Source: Lingula anatina
Lineage: Eukaryota; Animalia; Brachiopoda
Length of the DNA stretch: 64,000 nucleotides
Reading direction: 5' to 3'
NCBI GenBank assembly: GCA_051362555.1
Contig: CM120642.1
Coordinates: forward strand, 14,074,001 to 14,138,000
Position numbers and translations under genes: made by a program. The notes under the pieces are model-generated. The model was given only the letters and a program-made list of their open reading frames with translations, made no database searches and was not told where the DNA came from. How positions within the stretch are numbered: the stretch's first letter is position 1; each line of letters starts with the position of its first letter. Positions 11,751 to 25,383 of the stretch are shown here, piece by piece.

Positions 11751-14700
11751 GCTACCCAAATTAAGATTTAGCCGATCATGCTACGTGTATTGATGATAAT
11801 GTTTGGTTAAGTCATTTGCATGAAACCAACTCTTGATAAACATCATCAACTTAAAAAAGGCTATATGAAAGAGGTATATATCTTATTGTGTATTTTATAA
11901 TACAGGGGTTTCGATTCGATTCGATGTGGAGACTATCCATCTTAATAAAGACGATGTATATGGTGAGGGAATTTAAAAAATAATGAATAAATTTATCATC
12001 TGTTCTTGGACTGACGTGTTTTTATATAGAATGCTGGTTGAATAGTTAGAATAAAAATAGATGTCAGATGTCCAAATCAGGAACGCAGAAGGGCAAGCTT
12101 CCTTCGTGGCCCACCCCCTCTTCCTGTTGTGCTGTTGTTCACCTAGTGAGACGTGCGATCGACATTTTGCAGGGTAATCAGAATTCCACTGTCCAACTTG
12201 TTACTGAGAATTGAATCTCATAAAAACGACGGCAGTTCATATCAAGAAGCGTCAAGAGTTGGCAACCCTTATCTTAAACTCTCTATAGAGCCATTACGGC
12301 ATTGTGTAGAAAGAGAGGGTGACTTGGAAAAAAAACTCACGAAAAGCGTTTTTTGAACGCTACATTATAAGTCATTGAAAGTTGGCTAACAACAAAAATA
12401 TCGCCATGAAGAAAATCTTTTGACGATACCAACAAGGTTGTCGCTGATTTGAAAGAAACCTGTTTTAAAGCGCCACAATTGTGTTGTTTTCTTAATATTT
12501 TTAATATATAGGTTATTTATCGCACAATTAAGATTTCCTTTTCGTAAAAATCGTCCTCGACAATACACGAATGTTTTCTAGCGTGTTGGTCCATTAGACA
12601 ACGCAAGCGATAGAGAGGCCAGGCAGCTAATTTTATACAGATAATGGGGTGCTGATTGCTCGTGGCAGAAATCTGATCCCTTACATTGAAAGTGTCATTC
12701 ACTTTCTTGAAAAAAAAGAACTTGCGCTTCAGAAACAAAATCAGAATGCTTTTGAAGTGATCGCTGGTTCAGTTACTTGGTTCCGCCATTTGATTATTAT
12801 GACTTTTAACGTGTATTTTAAAGGTGTAACATGATCCAAGGGAAATGAAGGACCAGTGTTATTGTTTGGGCTTTAGAGGTTTACTGAAATTAATTCCCTG
12901 GAGAGTAACATTGTTTTTTTACGGGTTAAATTAAACTAGTGTTGTAAGGCTTTTAACAAACATAATTAACGGTGGTTAATTCAATGGATCTCTGCTGACA
13001 GAAAGAAGACATTGGCCAGATTTTGTTTAATATCTCAAAGAAAATAAAGCCAAATCTAAACTATTCTACTTTTTGCGCACGTTGATTTCAGTGCGCATTA
13101 ATGAGTTGTACATAAAGCTTTAAGCCCAACACACACCACGTTATCGCGGCTGAGCTATTAATCTTGAGAGGTCGGAGCTCTCTGCGTCCACCTATTCTAG
13201 GTGAAAATTTGATTTTCGCCTCATTCCTTAAAAGTGGAGATGAAAAACCAGATTTCACGGGTGATCTGCCCGTCTTGTTTATAATCGTAGCTCAGCTTCT
13301 ACCTCTACATGTGTGTTGGGCTTTGAAAAATTCGCCGTGCGTAGTGGAGGCTACCCAAGGATAAATGACTATGTATTTTCTGCGGATTTCTTCAGTTTTC
13401 TTTGACAATTTATTTTCATAAAAATACTACTAATAGGGATGCAAAAGTGTACCGTACTAAACGTCAGGGTTTAGAACAAAACTACATCTCCAGGCAAACG
13501 ACAGCTTGGGGTAAGTCAGGCTAATTTGTGCTGGCCGTGTAGGTATGAAATTGCTTCAAGTTCCACAAGCTTTCATCGATAAATCCTGCACCCTGTCTCC
13601 TTGTGTTTCTGTCCTATTGTTTTTTGGCTTTCCAAAGAGTAAGAGTACCGAGTTATGGGGGAACTTTTAATATGCTTCATTTTTATGTTGTTTCGTAACT
13701 GTGATAGACTACACGCGATGCCAGCGTACTCGAAAATGATGTGCGAACAACGAGTTAGGCAATATAATATGATGGATGACAGAAAGGGGGAACACTAATG
13801 TTTAAAAACTGCTACCTTTTGCGGATGTATCCTTGACTGCTCTTGCAAGAAACCCACAATCTCGTAATTGTTCTCATGAAGTCTTGTTTGTCTGTAGTAT
13901 TTAATGCTAGCTTAGTATTTTTTATATCATGCTTTTTTTTTTAATTTGATGAAAGAACGTCGTAATGGAAAACGGTTCATCTAAATAACGGTTTAAGCAA
14001 TGTAATGCACAAATATGTAACTACCATGGAAAAAATATATAAACAAAACCGTTCTTTGTCGAAGCTACCATTCGTAATTCATTGTGAATCTATGAGATTT
14101 TTATTTTTTATTTTTTATTAAGTGCTTAAATGGGTGCCACAATAATTGCTTTTTTTTTTCGATTTCACATAATGAATAAATTCCGAGATTTCCGGTAGTG
14201 TATAGATCTAGGTCAAAATCGTGTGCATTCACAATCCACTCGTTCACCCGTAGCTAAGTTAAGCATTATTAATTAACTCCGGAACGGCGGCGTGAAATAT
14301 TACAAGCCTAACACAAATTCTTACGATTTTTTTCAAACCCTATTTAGACTTGAGGCGCCGGGGAAGGAATGACTGTTGAAACTGCGAACAATGCGTCATT
14401 TCTCTCTGGTTGTGCAAAACAGTCGCTTAGTATGCTGGGGAATGGCCGTTGATAATACCATTTGTCTTCAAATTCGACATACATTTGACAAATTTTGCGG
14501 GCCAGGTAATTCGTTTTCCGGTGTAATTTGTAAACTGCCACATGAAGGATGCCATTAACCTCAAGGCAGTGCAGAAGACCCCGCCAATTTTTCACTGAAA
14601 CCATTTGTACCGAGAGTAAGAATTTATTTGCCCAGTGTTTTCCCCCTTTTCTAATTTTCCTATTTCTGACTTGTTTTCACAGAAGCTAATGATAATTCCT

Positions 14701-17662
14701 AAATAGAAGGCATCACGAAGGCTTTCACAGTTATATCTGCTGGAAAATAGTTCATCTGGTTCTCTCAGGCCTAATCAAAAAGCCTTGCCCTGTCCAGTGA
14801 AGCGCGCGTGGGGCCCATGACGTAATGCACGTGCACACAACGGTTGTTGTTGTCACTCCTTAGGATTATTACTGTGTGATTGGTTGTCACCACTGCCCTG
14901 TCCTCATTTTTCACGACACTGACAACATCTTTACTTCCTCTGTCCTGCAGCTTTGCCCTATGATTTTCCTGTCGCAATCGATCGTCTGACCGTCTTCCCG
15001 CCATTTTACCAGCGTGATAAATCGGTGGCACGCTCCCCAGGTGTCGCAAGGGAAGTTTTAGTTGATGATCATCTCGTAACACAACACAATAGCTTCCGAC
15101 TTGATTTTTATCTTGACAGTATCTTAAAAATGATCTTGCGCTCGCCCCTCATCTTTCTCTTAGTCACTAACTGTGGATCCTCTGACGCTATTTCTTGAGC
15201 CATTATCTCTTTTCGAACGGAATTCAACGACATATCAATGGCGATAGTACGTTACTTACATAATTGAAAATGGTGAAATGGTCTGACTGATATACTGAGA
15301 TGATGAAATGATTGGAATTTTGTAGTATATGATAATAATCTATTCCAAATTGCGTTTAAATTACTTCCCTTATCCTTTGTATGCACAGACTGTCAGCGTA
15401 ACGTAAATCAAATGAAATTGGACCTGGTCGTTTAAAATGAGGTTTGATTTGATGGTGTTTTTTTTCTGGATTATCTTCCCAATCATCATTTTGCACGCAA
15501 AGAAAAGTATTACAATAATAAGGCAGTGACAAAAAATTCTTCGCCCCAAATTGCTCGTTTTATAGCGTAAGCGCTCTTTCAAACTGCCAAACTTTAACTT
15601 TTTCAATCGCTTGGTTTCAAATAAAACCTTTATAACACGCCAGAGCGCGTTGACACATCAAACTTACCATTCAAAAACAATAAACAGCTCAGTGTGTATT
15701 TATTGTGTGCTAATGTTGCCCATTAATTTTGGGAAAGATGCTAAAAAGAGAGCACTAAAATGGTTTTCATTCGATTTTACTTGCGTTGGGATAAACCCAA
15801 AACTTGTGCTTTTTATCTTCTTTGCCTTCCTTGGAAAATAAAGAAATACAAGTCCTTAACATGGTCAGATCTAAGACGACGAAAAAGATTCGTCGATTAT
15901 TATTATTATTATTATTAGAAATTGTAGTAAACATGTGATTCTTAGATCCACACTTCTGTTTAGAGTTCCTCCTAATTATACGTGAAATTGATTGCCGTAA
16001 TGAATGACAATGACTGTTCGTAATGTTTTCAGTAAAATCTGTACACACTACATGTATCTCTATATGCATACCGTGCAACATATATCTGCTCAATAAGCTA
16101 CACATAATTACAGCAGTTTTAAATCAAGACTCAAGACCGTGTTCAGATTATTTTTTTGCCCAAAATCTTTGTTTTGAGGGAAAAGGCCCTTGCAACATCC
16201 AATATTTTCTCCCCAAGCTATACAATGTACACTAAACGGTGCCAGCAATAGGGTAGCCATTTATTTCTTGTCCATTGATTTGGACATCTAAGATTAATTT
16301 GATCATCAAAATTAAATTACTGAATTGAAATAAAATATGGATTATTTAACTCCACTGCTGGGGAATTTTCTGTTACAGACATTCTAAAAAGCCTTTTTTT
16401 TTTTTTTTTTTTTTTTTGGCGTATATTGATATTATATGAGATATATCAATATAATAATGGCGAATGAAAAAACCACACAAGATGATTTCAGCGAGTTCTA
16501 GGTGTTGTGTACGAAATAGATGTGGGCTCTAAATAATCGTGCAAGTGCCATCACGGGATCTCATTTTTTACCTGGCCTAGGTAAAACTGACAAGAGCAGG
16601 GCAATTACTACAATTAACACGTCTATGGTGGAAGGGTAACGGATTGTGTTGACAGGTAAAACCACCTCTCTGGGTACTAAGCAGTGGACAACCCTAAACG
16701 CCGTCTACTTAATCAGCGCCCTGGATCAGACGCTAGGAAATGACCATTTCCTAAACTCATGAATTATCCCTACTGAATCTATAGTCGAGTCCGGTCTGAT
16801 AGGTGGTCCGTCGTTACAAGTGGACAGATGAAATAAAAATAGTCTTGAAAAAATGTATCCCCAAGCGTTGGTTTTTGATCAATATTGTCTTAGTTGGGCC
16901 GAAAATGAAAACAGTTCAGGCAAATAGTCAGGAACACACGTAGCTTAAGAAAAAAAATTATGAATAATCTTGCTTTACTGTCTGATAAAAATAGTATTCC
17001 GGCAATTACTGAAATAGCTCAAGTGAGATGAAAGGGCTCGACGTGATGACTACAAAGCGCCATATCAAAGGTACGTCTTTTATCTATCCGACTTGTTCGC
17101 GAACTGTTTCGAAGACAATCAATTCTTTCACGACAATTTGCCCAAATATTGTATCCAGAAAACCATTTCGCCAATAATTGCCGTGCCACTATAAAGATTA
17201 GGCAATCCCATTTTCATCATTTTCGTGTCGGGTTTCTGTCGACATTTCCTCAGTAAATCGAAATGATTGCGCTCTAGTGTCAGTTTGGTGTGTTATTGGA
17301 GTTTTTCAAATAAACGCCCACTCGCTATAATCCGAGGTCATCGTCGATACCAAGAACGGATGGGGTTTGCGTTTCAGCATTGAGTTTCCTTTTTTCATGA
17401 CAATAACTGCATTGTAATAAAATTAATAATCAAGGACCCCATCATTGATCCTTTTAGAAAATTTAGACGGAAATGATGGTATATTATTCATTTTATGAAA
17501 GCACTTCACTGTCACCGTTTTATGAATTTCTTAGTCATCAATGTCAAAAGAGGAAAAAAAGGGTTGGAGTGGTGTAAAGATGTAAAACAAAGCGAAATTT
17601 AAAAAAAAAAAAACCTGAGCGAATGTTTCAAATTTTGGCATGAACATTCAGTTTGCTATATA

Positions 17663-17900
17663 TACTGACCGTCAATGAAAACGCATCATTTATTTATCAA
17701 ATAATATTTTAAGTTCCTTTGGCACTTTAACAAAATAACTGTTTTCGTGTGAAATATGACCCATTATTCAGTCAAACAAGGTGAATCTCTTATGACCAAA
17801 CAAATGCATTTGTACTCGTTTATATGATTGGAATCGATTCTTGGTAAAAAAAAAAAAAGTACAAGAAAGTTTTCTGATGCGTTTTCATTGACTGTCAGTA
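17663..17900. mobile_element. Tc1/mariner-type MITE
   Basis: 26 bp TIRs tactgaccgtcaatgaaaacgcatca and tgatgcgttttcattgactgtcagta (1 mismatch), flanked by TA on both sides, with an AT-rich non-coding interior. Confidence 0.85.
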
Positions 17901-20764
17901 TACTTTATAGACCACAGTGCATCCTGCAATTTAATTTTTGGACAAAAGCCTCATACGAAAACTCCGTGCATTACTAACTTGCGGCGTGGTAATAATGAAA
18001 CGCACAGCTACAATATAGTGCCTCACTCCTTGACTGATGGGGCCCATACGACTGAGACTGTATTCCCTGCCGCTTTTACAGTGGGCCATGGTAGATTGTT
18101 CGGTTGCTGAGCAAAATTCTTCATCTTTAGATATATACTTATGTTTTAATAAACGGCTGTAATTTCAATGAACAGACAAACAGATAAATCAAAAGTATAT
18201 TCTGCCGACTTGGTCAGATTACAGTCAACACAAACCATCTGAACTACCTATGGAGCGATTGGTTAAGTATCGTAGCGAAAGAGGGATGTGTATATGAACC
18301 TCGTGACATGAGAATAGAAAGGGGAAATGGTAATTTTCATATCACAAAAGGGGGTGCGTAGACACAAGAAGGTGGACAGCAGATATGAAAAATCGTCTGT
18401 CTTGAGACAAATATTTGACTAGACCCATGAGAAGATGTGTGGAAAAAGATGCTGTATATTAGAGAATCTCCTTCATTAAAAACCAATATCCTGGGATTTT
18501 CTCCCATATAATGGCTCTTGTGCGTGTAAAATTGCGTATCCACGTACTTTTACTTCTTCTTTTACTTTCACTAGCTCTTCCAAATAAATGTGTAAACAGG
18601 ATATCCTACTGGCGCTGTAAAACTGTACAAAATCAAGAGTAACCACAGGTAAAGGTAGAGGTCATTTAAGGTGAAAGCGATCATGGCTCCCTACTGTATA
18701 TCTAATGTGAAGGTTAAAGAGACAGCTCATGGCATTGCGGTCTTCAACAAATTTCAGTGCATCAGTTTAAATATTTCCCGACTAATCTGAAATTCTCCAA
18801 AAATGACCCAATGTATATTAATATATTTTGTATCTCCACTACAGATTACGGGGCACCAGACCCTACTGGATGCTTGTACTAACATAATAATTTTTACTTG
18901 AGTCCATTTATATCAAATCCCCTGACAAAATAACGGTTACATGTTCTGCTTTTATTTCACATTGCTAAACGGGCAATAAACATTTTTTTGTATTTGCACA
19001 GGTATTGTAAATTGAAGATATCAAGATTCATAATAATAATAACCAGTCCATTCTACGTCGGCCAGCCGCTCCCAGGTTAAATGTATTTGTTAACTATATT
19101 TCCTAAACAAGAGTTCAGCTTTCAGGACGTGGTCAAAACCGGCCCCTCTTCTTTATCACATAAAACCTTCCAAATTCTTTCCAAGAAATAAACTGTACTA
19201 ACTCACTGCACACTAACGAATGATTCACGCATTTTGATTCAGAAGGTTTATCTTTATTTCCCTGTATTTGTAGCTACGATTGATAAAACAAACAAAAAAG
19301 TTTCCCTTTTCATATTGTTTGTGTAATCTATACCCAATACAAAACATTTCCAACATCAGATTAATAAATCAGATTCCAGAAACTGGATCAGGAGATGAGT
19401 GTTGATGACAGCATTCTGATCCGGCAAAGAATGTGCAAGTGGCGTGCCTGTACCGTGCCCGTGCCCCTCTGCCCGCCGAGTATGACCGCAAAGAAATAAA
19501 CAAGTCTGGGAATCCAGCTCCAAACATCTTAGCAACACCTGGGCCGCCTGCGAGTTTGAGAATCGCCTGAATCGGGCTGAAAACGCGGCTATGGGACACA
19601 AGGTTGACTGGACTCATGGTGCCAATCAATAGGCCTACCTGGTCGGTTTGCTGTGACGTCTTCCAGTTCTTGGATAACAACGCTTGCGGTCGTATTGTGC
19701 AAAACTTACCGGTTGCATCATCTTTTTAGTCATTAGACGATAAATAGATAGATAAAAATGAATTAACAAAAATAGATGTCACCGTCTAGTCTTGCAGTCA
19801 TGGTTCACCATGGGATGACATGTGTCCCATAAAGGTGTGTGTGATCAACAGGTGCTCAGATCGTTTTTATTTATTCATTTCATTTCATTTATTTATTTAT
19901 TTGTATTTGTTACTTTTTCAAATCAGGAAACAAACACTAAATGGCATCCACCACGGATATCCTCAATGATGTCACCCACCCCTGTGACTTTATATCTAAC
20001 GAATAAAACGCCTTATTCGTTCATTCTTTGACACAAGTGACAAGTTAGCCGAGATAGGTGCCTGGTCTCTTTTAGAAACAAATAACAATTTTCTACATTA
20101 CAGCTCTCTTCCATAGTGCTTAAATCATTTTTAAAAAATCGAACAAACTGAAAAGCGACACTCCTCGAGGTATATTGCAGTTATACAGGTACGTGAACGA
20201 ACCGTAGAGCAGTAGGCGGACTGCTCTCTACCAATAAGGCCACAGATTGATTTTTCACGAGATATTCACTTATATGTCTCTGACTAACTCGATACAAGAC
20301 CATCACTAAGCTGAGCATAGGCGGTCTGCGTTATATCGTGGTTGTTATGCAGGATCTAAAAGTAGAATTTCTATCCTAGCTGACTTTTGCCTTGGACTGA
20401 TAATGTTAAGTTATCCTGGTTGCTGGTGTGATAAAATGCTTAATGTTATCTTAACCTCAGCTAATGTGGAAACATTAGGTAAAAATTATGTTTGAGAAAT
20501 GAATCTGTTCGATGCAAAAAATAGGAGGTATTCAAAGAGAATAAATTGAAAACATTGATCAAATACGCTGAAGGAGACCGTGTTTTTATATACAGTGTTA
20601 TTACAACACAAGCTAATTGAAATAAACTTAATATCATCACTATATTAACCAATAATATGACATAATTTATTTTGTTATGTTTTGTTCTTTCTTTTGTCTT
20701 TTCCTTCATTGACGTCTATAAAACATTTTCTGCTATTTTCTAAAACATGAAGGATAAAATTGGA

Positions 20765-20985
20765 GTAAACACGTCGTCTTTTTCCCAGGTACAGCGTTCG
20801 TCGTCAGGAGTGAGTCACTGTCAGTTGACACAACTGAGCATCATACGAGGTGCAAGTAAACAAAGCAGGGAAATTAGGAGCAAGGATAACAGTGACCCTC
20901 GGTTTACCGCAAAATAGATGACGTTTGGACGTCAGAATCTGAAGTCTGTCTGCTATATAAATTGAGCTGAATAGAGCATCAGTGA
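20765..20985 (+). promoter_or_regulatory. Candidate TATA+Inr core promoter with AP-1, CRE-like and Fox sites (possibly for sprouty)
   Basis: TATATAAA at 20954-20961 and Inr-like TCAGT with A at 20981 (27 nt spacing). TGAGTCA at 20811, TGACGT at 20919, GACGTCA at 20928, GTAAACA at 20765 and 20856. Confidence 0.4.
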
Positions 20986-23440
20986 TAGAAGGGGTATACT
21001 AAACAACGGTTGCTGGGGAAACACGTTAAATACAGTTAACACATTGACCCCAAGGGTGATGCCGCTTCACAGCCCAGCTACTAATGCCCTCTGTATCCTT
21101 CCTTTTCAAACTACAGATTTTCATCCGTGGGACCGATTTTTAACAGCGGTTGGAACCTGCTTTGTACAATTTTTTTAAATGTACCCGCATTGCCCAAACC
21201 CAGAAAGTTTGAGTTTATTGACCCTGTAATAGGCACTTTTTTCTTTTTCTAGCTTCTTTATTCAAAGATTAGTGACTCACTCTTGCCTGCATCTAAACCA
21301 AGTAGTTATGGATTTTTTTTAATATCACTCCTGTTCCACCTCTTTCTCCTATCTACAGTCTTTCTCTTTCGAATAATCTGCATCTCATTTTTTTTTTTGC
21401 ACCTATCCCCTTTTCTTATGAAATTTCACCAAGCAGTCGACCCTAGCTCAGAACTGTCACCTCACTCTCCTGCCATTTAACCCAAAGAACAACGATAAGC
21501 TAGTGCGTGTTTTGCGGCGAAATAAAAAACAATTTCTACAAGTCCATACGTGATTGTGCATTCTATTTTCCGGAAGTAGAAGGCCCAGTGCGTGTCTAAT
21601 AATCGAATCGACTCTTTTTCACACCGTTTAAATGTTTTTCGTTTTATCGAATGCCAGCTGAACCGTCAGGAACTGTGTGATTAGGGAGTCTGATAAAACA
21701 AACTGGAAGAGCTTTGTTCCTTGTACCGAGAAAAGGTATATTCTACACGGGCGACTTTAACAACGAGGTATCCTGGTATTGAGCGTAAATATATATATTA
21801 ATGTTACTAGACAGACTGGGAGCTTATTCACCTGTGAAGAGAAAAGGGTAAAAACTGAAGAGCGTACTTACAGAGGTGAGTTATACGGAGAGACGCGCTC
21901 ATTTAGCGTTGTTAAATTATTAGGAATCCCCAATAGAAACGCTCAGAAAAAGTAAATTGATTTGTTATCATGTTAATGAGACAATAATTGTAGAGGGAAA
22001 AGAAACTGATTGAAAAAAATGATTAAATTGAGCTGAAAAAAATTACAACGCGCTCGGATATGTACTTTAAAGGGAAAAGCTTACACATCCATGAATTAAA
22101 TTTTTAGGGACGCCGTTTTATGGTCATGATCAAGTAAGTAAAAACATCTTGTGATGGTGATATTTTTGCATAATAACTATCTTAACTTGGAAAATGCGGA
22201 AGTTCTAACACGGTTTTTTAATTAAACATATATTTTCACATTATGTCTTCCGCCGATACCTTTAAACATCCTCAGGGTATGGACATTCTATGGTCGAAAA
22301 ATGATTCGAATATGTCTTTCAAACCTGATGCCAAAGTCGCGTTTTTAAAACGCTTGAATGAACATAGTACATATCACCTCCTCCTTCTTGATTTCTTTGC
22401 CTCTCTACGTTTCTCCTCTTCTCCTCAACCGCCATTTACAAAGCCAAAACAAAAGATTATCTATTTTGATGGCGTAATAGAGACAAAGAGAGTCTCGACA
22501 CGATGATTGCTGTCAGAGCAACTCCATAACTGTCATCGTTAATAACCAGCCGCGCAGGAAGCGGTCTCAATGCAGGCAGTGCGACGTCCGCGCCCTCGGG
22601 ACATTTCCCGCCAAGTATCTCGCGCTCAGGTGAGATAATTACCCTGTAAGACAATAAGGAACGGAAACTGTCACTTCGGGCGCACGCTCCGGATAACCTG
22701 CATCTAGAGTTCACATCTGAATAACTCCAATTAACAGAGGAACGGTTCTATGATATCTGTAACTGGTGCCGACAAGAATGGAAAATATAGTGAGCGTTTG
22801 ATATCAATTTCATATGTGGTAAACTAGTAGCGCTCTGTAGCATGATTTTCTTTATCATGAAATGGATCATGAAATGGGAATATTAAAAAAAAGCGCGTTT
22901 CGATATAGCTTGTGTAAAAGGCATAGCAAAAATACAAGAGTTTGCATTGGACGTTAAGTTGATCATAAAAAAACGATAGAATAAAAATGAGCTATAAAAG
23001 AGAGAGAGAGAGAGAGCTGATGCATTTATCATTTGACGAAGAGGAAATAGTATCCCAAGCCATCACGCTGAGAAACTCCACGGGAAGAAATTGACATCTT
23101 CAACGAGGACTGACATGTCAAAGACCTGGTTAACTTTTTGACAGTTAAAACATCTCAATTAAAATTCTGTATAATTTTCCCCTAGCCGTAAGAGTTGTTG
23201 TGAAATAATATATCTCTGCAAGGTGTTTCCGGAGCATGGGGTTCCACTCCGCACGCCTATTTAGTGATCCCTCCTTCGTCTTTTGTACAAAAACACTTTT
23301 GTACTTTGCCCGGTCTAGCAGAAATTTCATCACAGAAAATCTATTGTGCTTTCATCACATTGCCATTGTAACGATTTCATGAAGCAACTGTGATGATAAT
23401 CAGTTAAAAATAGACACTGGGTTCTGGATGGACTCTCTTA

Positions 23441-23696
23441 GGGTTCATTCCAATTGAAACTATCGTTCTACTTAGATCGGTCCAACTCCGAGGGAGCTTT
23501 TCGCTGAATGCGATCAGTTTAATAGATTAGCACGCCTCCCCTTGTTTCCAACGTACTCCTTTCATCACAGTTTTTCTGTATTCTACTCAACGCCAGGAGG
23601 AGGCGTGTTAGCCTGTTAAACTGATTGCATTCAGCTAGAGTCCCCGCCGAGTTTGATCGATCTACGTAGACCGATAGTTTCAATTGGAATGAGCCT
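23441..23696. mobile_element. MITE with ~100 bp imperfect TIRs (Harbinger/Tourist-like family, copy A)
   Basis: Left arm gggttcattccaattgaaactatcg...tagcacgcctcc is inverted at the right end as ggaggcgtgttag...cgatagtttcaattggaatgagcct. Flanks are TTA and TAA. Confidence 0.85.
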
Positions 23697-23699
23697 TAA

Positions 23700-23948
23700 G
23701 AGACCATTCCCTGACCTTATCGTACTAACTTTAGATCGAACTATCTCCAAGGGGATTCTCGCTTAAGAGGCTTAGATGTCTGTCACGGCTACTGAAGCTG
23801 ATAGTGGGGTAATTAACTATCGTTTAGCAGCTTTAGTAGCTTTAGTAGCTTTAGACATCTAAGCCACTTAAGCTGAAAGCAATTTAACGAGAAACCCCGT
23901 GGAGATGGACCGATCCTGTTAGATCGATCTAGGGATGGGAACCCAGTC
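23700..23948 (-). mobile_element. Harbinger/Tourist-like MITE, copy B
   Basis: Reverse complement of 58863-59094 over essentially its full length, with internal inverted arms and TAA/TTA flanks. Abuts copy A. Confidence 0.85.
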
Positions 23949-25345
23949 TTATACACCGCTGATACCCGTCAGCCCTTCAATCTAGGTCGGCTTACATGTG
24001 GTACGAAATAAATGCAAAACCACTATTGTTTAATCATCGTTTAAACCCTAATACAAAACGCCTTTACCTCATATTCCAAATCGCTGACTAGATGCTGGAT
24101 AAATGCAATGAAAAAGTAAAACTAATTGCAATACATTTTCATGTTTCAAAATCTACAATTAGTTTATTACTTTGGCCAATAATACATGTGCCATGGCCCC
24201 AAGTTATTCTGCACGATTATTGAACAAATCACACTCGTTTTTAAGAAGAACGTTCGTGACTGAATAAGATAAATATATATCAAATGACTGGAACTTTTAT
24301 TATTCGGTAAGGGTACTTTTACACCAGAAGCCAGCTGGATTTTTTAAAAAAAGTTTCTCGTTGGATACAGAGTACAGAAGTGCAGAGCAATAGCTAAAGA
24401 AATAGTTTTGATATACATGTGAAAAATCTCTTTTTTTGGCCCTGGTAGAGGGTACAATAAGAGTGACAAGTTTTATATACTGCTATATACTGTACATCTT
24501 CAGAATAGTTCATCCGGTGCACTCACTACAGCGAAGTGAGTCCGTGTCCTTGCTGACACTACACTAGTTGACAAACGATGCCACTGTTTGCTTAATATCT
24601 ATCAAGTCACAAATAAAAAGAACAAAAGTGAACTAAAATAACTTGACTTAATTTGACTCTTTTTCGGGTCGGGGTTGTTTGTATTGTTTAATATTTCACC
24701 GATGTCTTTAAGCCATAAGATAGGGCAAACACGCAAACACAATGTAAGAGAAGGAACTTTCTAAAATTTTCTCGGGTTTCGGTCTGCAAGTGGGTGGCTT
24801 GTTTTCCGCGCCAGGGTTGAAAGAGTGCGATGGATTTTGAAGTTGGTATAAAAATCAATCTGTTTGTCTTCATCTAAACGGTGCATCGCGGTTCTCTTTA
24901 CGGACACACGCTTTTGTCAATCACATCATATAGTGTTAAATCAAAATGAGGAAAAAACAATGACAAACAAAATAACTGATTTTTGTCTGTATAGCAATTT
25001 GAGAGAGAGAGAGGGAGAGAGAGAGACAATTTCGTTAGAAAAATACTCCATCACTATTTTCTTTCAATTGTGCAGCGAACTGTAAATGACAACTCACTTT
25101 TGCTGCGACAAAAGACCTTCATACAAAACTGCTTAACAATAGGAGATCCACAATTTTGCAGATGTTCTCTTTCTTAATAATTTTCCTGAACAGAATGATA
25201 TGAAAATGACGGCAAGTGCGACAGCATTATGGTTTGCAAGAGAAATTGGGCGAGGAAGGACACTAATGATGACAAATGAAAGCAAACTAACCGCAGCTGG
25301 GTAGCTTTTTCATAGCTCTCCAGCGGTCATCGTCCAAGTAGAATG

Positions 25346-25383
<38 letters not shown>

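Noticed and set aside
20204-20231. Short hairpin agagcagt-aggcgg-actgctct
   Set aside because: An 8 bp stem is expected by chance in 64 kb and there is no supporting context.
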